Of a DNA stretch of 64,000 bases, positions 61,648-64,000 are shown piece after piece (the stretch's first letter is position 1; each line of letters starts with the position of its first letter). The DNA lies in the NCBI GenBank assembly GCA_963514005.1, contig OY740789.1, positions 41,850,001 to 41,914,000 on the forward strand, in the 5' to 3' direction. The position numbers and the translations under genes are program-made. The notes under the pieces were generated by a model. It saw nothing but the letters and a program-made list of their open reading frames with translations. It made no database searches and was not told where the DNA came from. This stretch comes from Raja brachyura. Lineage: Eukaryota.

Positions 61648-63153
61648 GTAAATATTGAGATACTAAGAAAATAGATACAAATTGTTTGATTTAGTAATTT
61701 TTGAGTGAATGTTGTTGATTTGATGCATATCAAAAACTGAAGGCTGATTCGCATCCTGTAATTTTGGTAATATTTTCAAGTGCTTTACAAGAATAACCAT
61801 TTATGGATTTGGCATTTGAGATTTCATAACGTACTTTTACAAACATAAATTGATTCAATTTTATGTCCACGTTGGATTGGGTTCTTTGGTATACATGGAT
61901 TGAGCCTTGTTGGCCAATGAACGGTTTTATTGTGAACCAGCAGCATATGTGTTGCAAATCCTAGAATATTTGGGACTTTGAATACGTATCCAAATCTCCG
62001 ACTTATGAGCATTCAAAGTGGAGAAGCAATACGTGTGGCTTTGGAAACCTTGAGTACATGCATCAGTTTAAATGATGGAAGAGGACACCATCTCTCAACC
62101 CACAAATCCGCCAACCCTGTTAGGCATTTCCTGTTCTATCTGTGGTAGATTCTGTATCCTGCACTGGCCTCTGCAGCCACCGAAGCCATCTGCGATCTTG
62201 GGTGGCTACCTAGGGACAAAATCTTGATTAGAGATAAATAAATTTGGCTCAATAATGATCGTAATATTTTAGAACGTTTGTTCTTCACTTGCTACTGTTT
62301 AGAATTTTGAATTTGGATACATTTTCATTGACTGATCAGATTTTTATTTCTGAGAAGATTTATGGTATTTCAATAAACTCTACTTAAAGAACCATGTTGT
62401 AGCAAATGTGTGTGTGCCATTGCCTGTGCATAAATAATTGGTTCAAGGTCAGTTTATTGTTACGTGTACCAGTTAAGGTACAGTGAAATTTGAGTTATCA
62501 TACAGCCATACTAAGTGAAAAGCAACAAGTCACATAACCACATAAAAGTTAACATAGACATCCATCACAGTGGATTCCACATTCCTCACTTAAAGTTCAA
62601 ACTCCTTCCTCTTGTTCTCCTGCGGTTGGGGCAGTCAAACCATCCGCAGTCGGGACTATCAAAGCCCCCACGGCCGATGATCGAAGCCCCCGCGCCGGTG
62701 TGATCAAAAATTCCTCATCGTAGGTAAGAATGTTAGGTTTTGTTTATCAGGGGAAACAATTTGAACTGGTATCCTAAATGTTGTTGGAATTTCATATCCA
62801 GCATCTACTGCTTCGAGGCCTATAAGCAGAATATGTGTCTGAATTACTCAGACTGACAGAACTTTAATTGACAAAATATGATGTTGGGAATAAGGTTTTG
62901 AAATTGCCATAGTGATTAATGTGAGGTCTTTAGCAACAGCCTAAGATGGGAGCAGTAGTATAGTTAATCATCTCTTCCTCCACTTCCACCTACACCAGCA
63001 GTTTTCATGCTTTATTACAACCATAGCTCAAATTATCCTCTCCTCCCCTGCCTGACTCCAACGGTGTAATGCTGAGGATTCTCAGCAAAACTTGGCTATT
63101 CAACATGGAAACCTGTGGCAAACTGAGCAAATAGCGTTTGTTTTATAAATCGA

Positions 63154-63470
63154 GGGTGGCACTGCTGGTAGAGCTGCTCCCTTCCAACACTAGATGTCTG
63201 TGTCAGGCCCCGACCTTGTGTGCTGTTGTGTGGAGTTTGCCTGTTCTCCCTATGACCATGTGGGTTTCCTCTGGGTGCTCTGGTTTTCTCCTACAGCCCA
63301 AAAATATATGGGGTTGTTAGTTAATTGGCTGCTGTAATTTGCCTGTAGTTTGTTGGGAGTAGATGCGAATGTGGGATAACATATAGCTAGTGTGAACAGG
63401 TGATCGATAGTCGGCATGGCCTTGGTGGGTTGTAGGACCTGTTTTCATGCTGCATCTCTAAAAAATAAAA
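63154..63470 (+). mobile_element. HE1/V-SINE, near full length
   Basis: tRNA-like head, GTGTGGAGTTTGC.TGTTCTCCC...GGGTTTCCTC.GGGTGCTC.GG V-domain, CR1-like tail. Confidence 0.8.
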
Positions 63471-63675
63471 CTATTTTGCTTAATTATTCTTGTAGATATG
63501 AGAAAAGTGGAATATGCTAAGTTAGCCAATCTCTCCTGTTCATGGCTGCAATTCCAACTTGTTAGCTGCCCAGGTTACAAAATAGAATTTAGCTGTGACT
63601 TTTATATAGATAATTTTATGTATGGTTATGAATCCTCTCAGTATTACATCTGAAAAGGTGATTTTGTGGTTGCAG

Positions 63676-63755
63676 GTATCTATAGGGAGCTCTGTTTAAA
63701 AACTGTAAAGAACCAATATGAATGCGAGGTGCAGGCTGCATTCCAACACTGGGAG
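63676..63755 (+). CDS. BRMS1L: BRMS1L exon 4 (80 nt)
   Basis: ttgcag|[27 protein letters not shown]|gtaagc. Confidence 0.95.
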
Positions 63756-64000
63756 GTAAGCAGTGGATAACAGTGGTTGACACTCCTGCCATTGTAGCCG
63801 GTTACTTGGTGATGGGGAGGTTCTTATCTGGTAATTATGCACTTATAAGCCCATGTCTCTTGACAACAGGTATTAATGTACCCAATCCAGAGTGCTTCTG
63901 AATGGCATTTAATGTAGAGGAGTGCTAATTAATTCAAGATTATGGAACCAGGAGCAGATTTCGTCACCATGTTTGATCCAATGCCATTGTGTCAATAGTG

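Larger units (their letters stand above)
56291..63755 (+). other. BRMS1L: BRMS1L gene, 5' part (coding exons 1-4; continues beyond window)
   Basis: Exons splice to MPVHSREKK...[46 protein letters not shown]...GIYRELCLK (Sds3/BRMS1 family, Sin3-HDAC component). Confidence 0.95.

Noticed and set aside
63154-63230. tRNA gene candidates
   Set aside because: Decayed tRNA-derived SINE heads with no cloverleaf.

Overview
Eukaryotic (vertebrate) genomic DNA. The repeat repertoire (HE1/V-SINEs, CR1, Rex1/Babar, Penelope, Deu-SINE relics) points to a cartilaginous fish, probably a skate or ray; this is inference. Two genes lie head-to-head around a CpG-rich bidirectional promoter at about 55.4-56.6 kb. 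RALGAPA1 is on the minus strand (coding exons 1-11, ATG at 55493, continuing past position 1). BRMS1L is on the plus strand (coding exons 1-4, ATG at 56291, continuing past 64000). All 15 exons have GT-AG boundaries and compatible phases. The introns are packed with transposons: Rex1/Babar, CR1, L1/Tx1 and Hero-type LINE fragments, Penelope-like elements with minimal hammerhead cores, a DIRS1-like element with both termini, Tc1 copies, a PIF/Harbinger-like MITE, a TIR family with 7-bp TSDs, and tandem arrays of non-autonomous Helitron-like elements. I see no clearly novel protein-coding system. The best leads are Helitron arrays that may self-target and amplify flanking DNA, a hammerhead-like motif set in non-canonical order in a Hero LINE 3' UTR, and the 7-bp-TSD transposon family.
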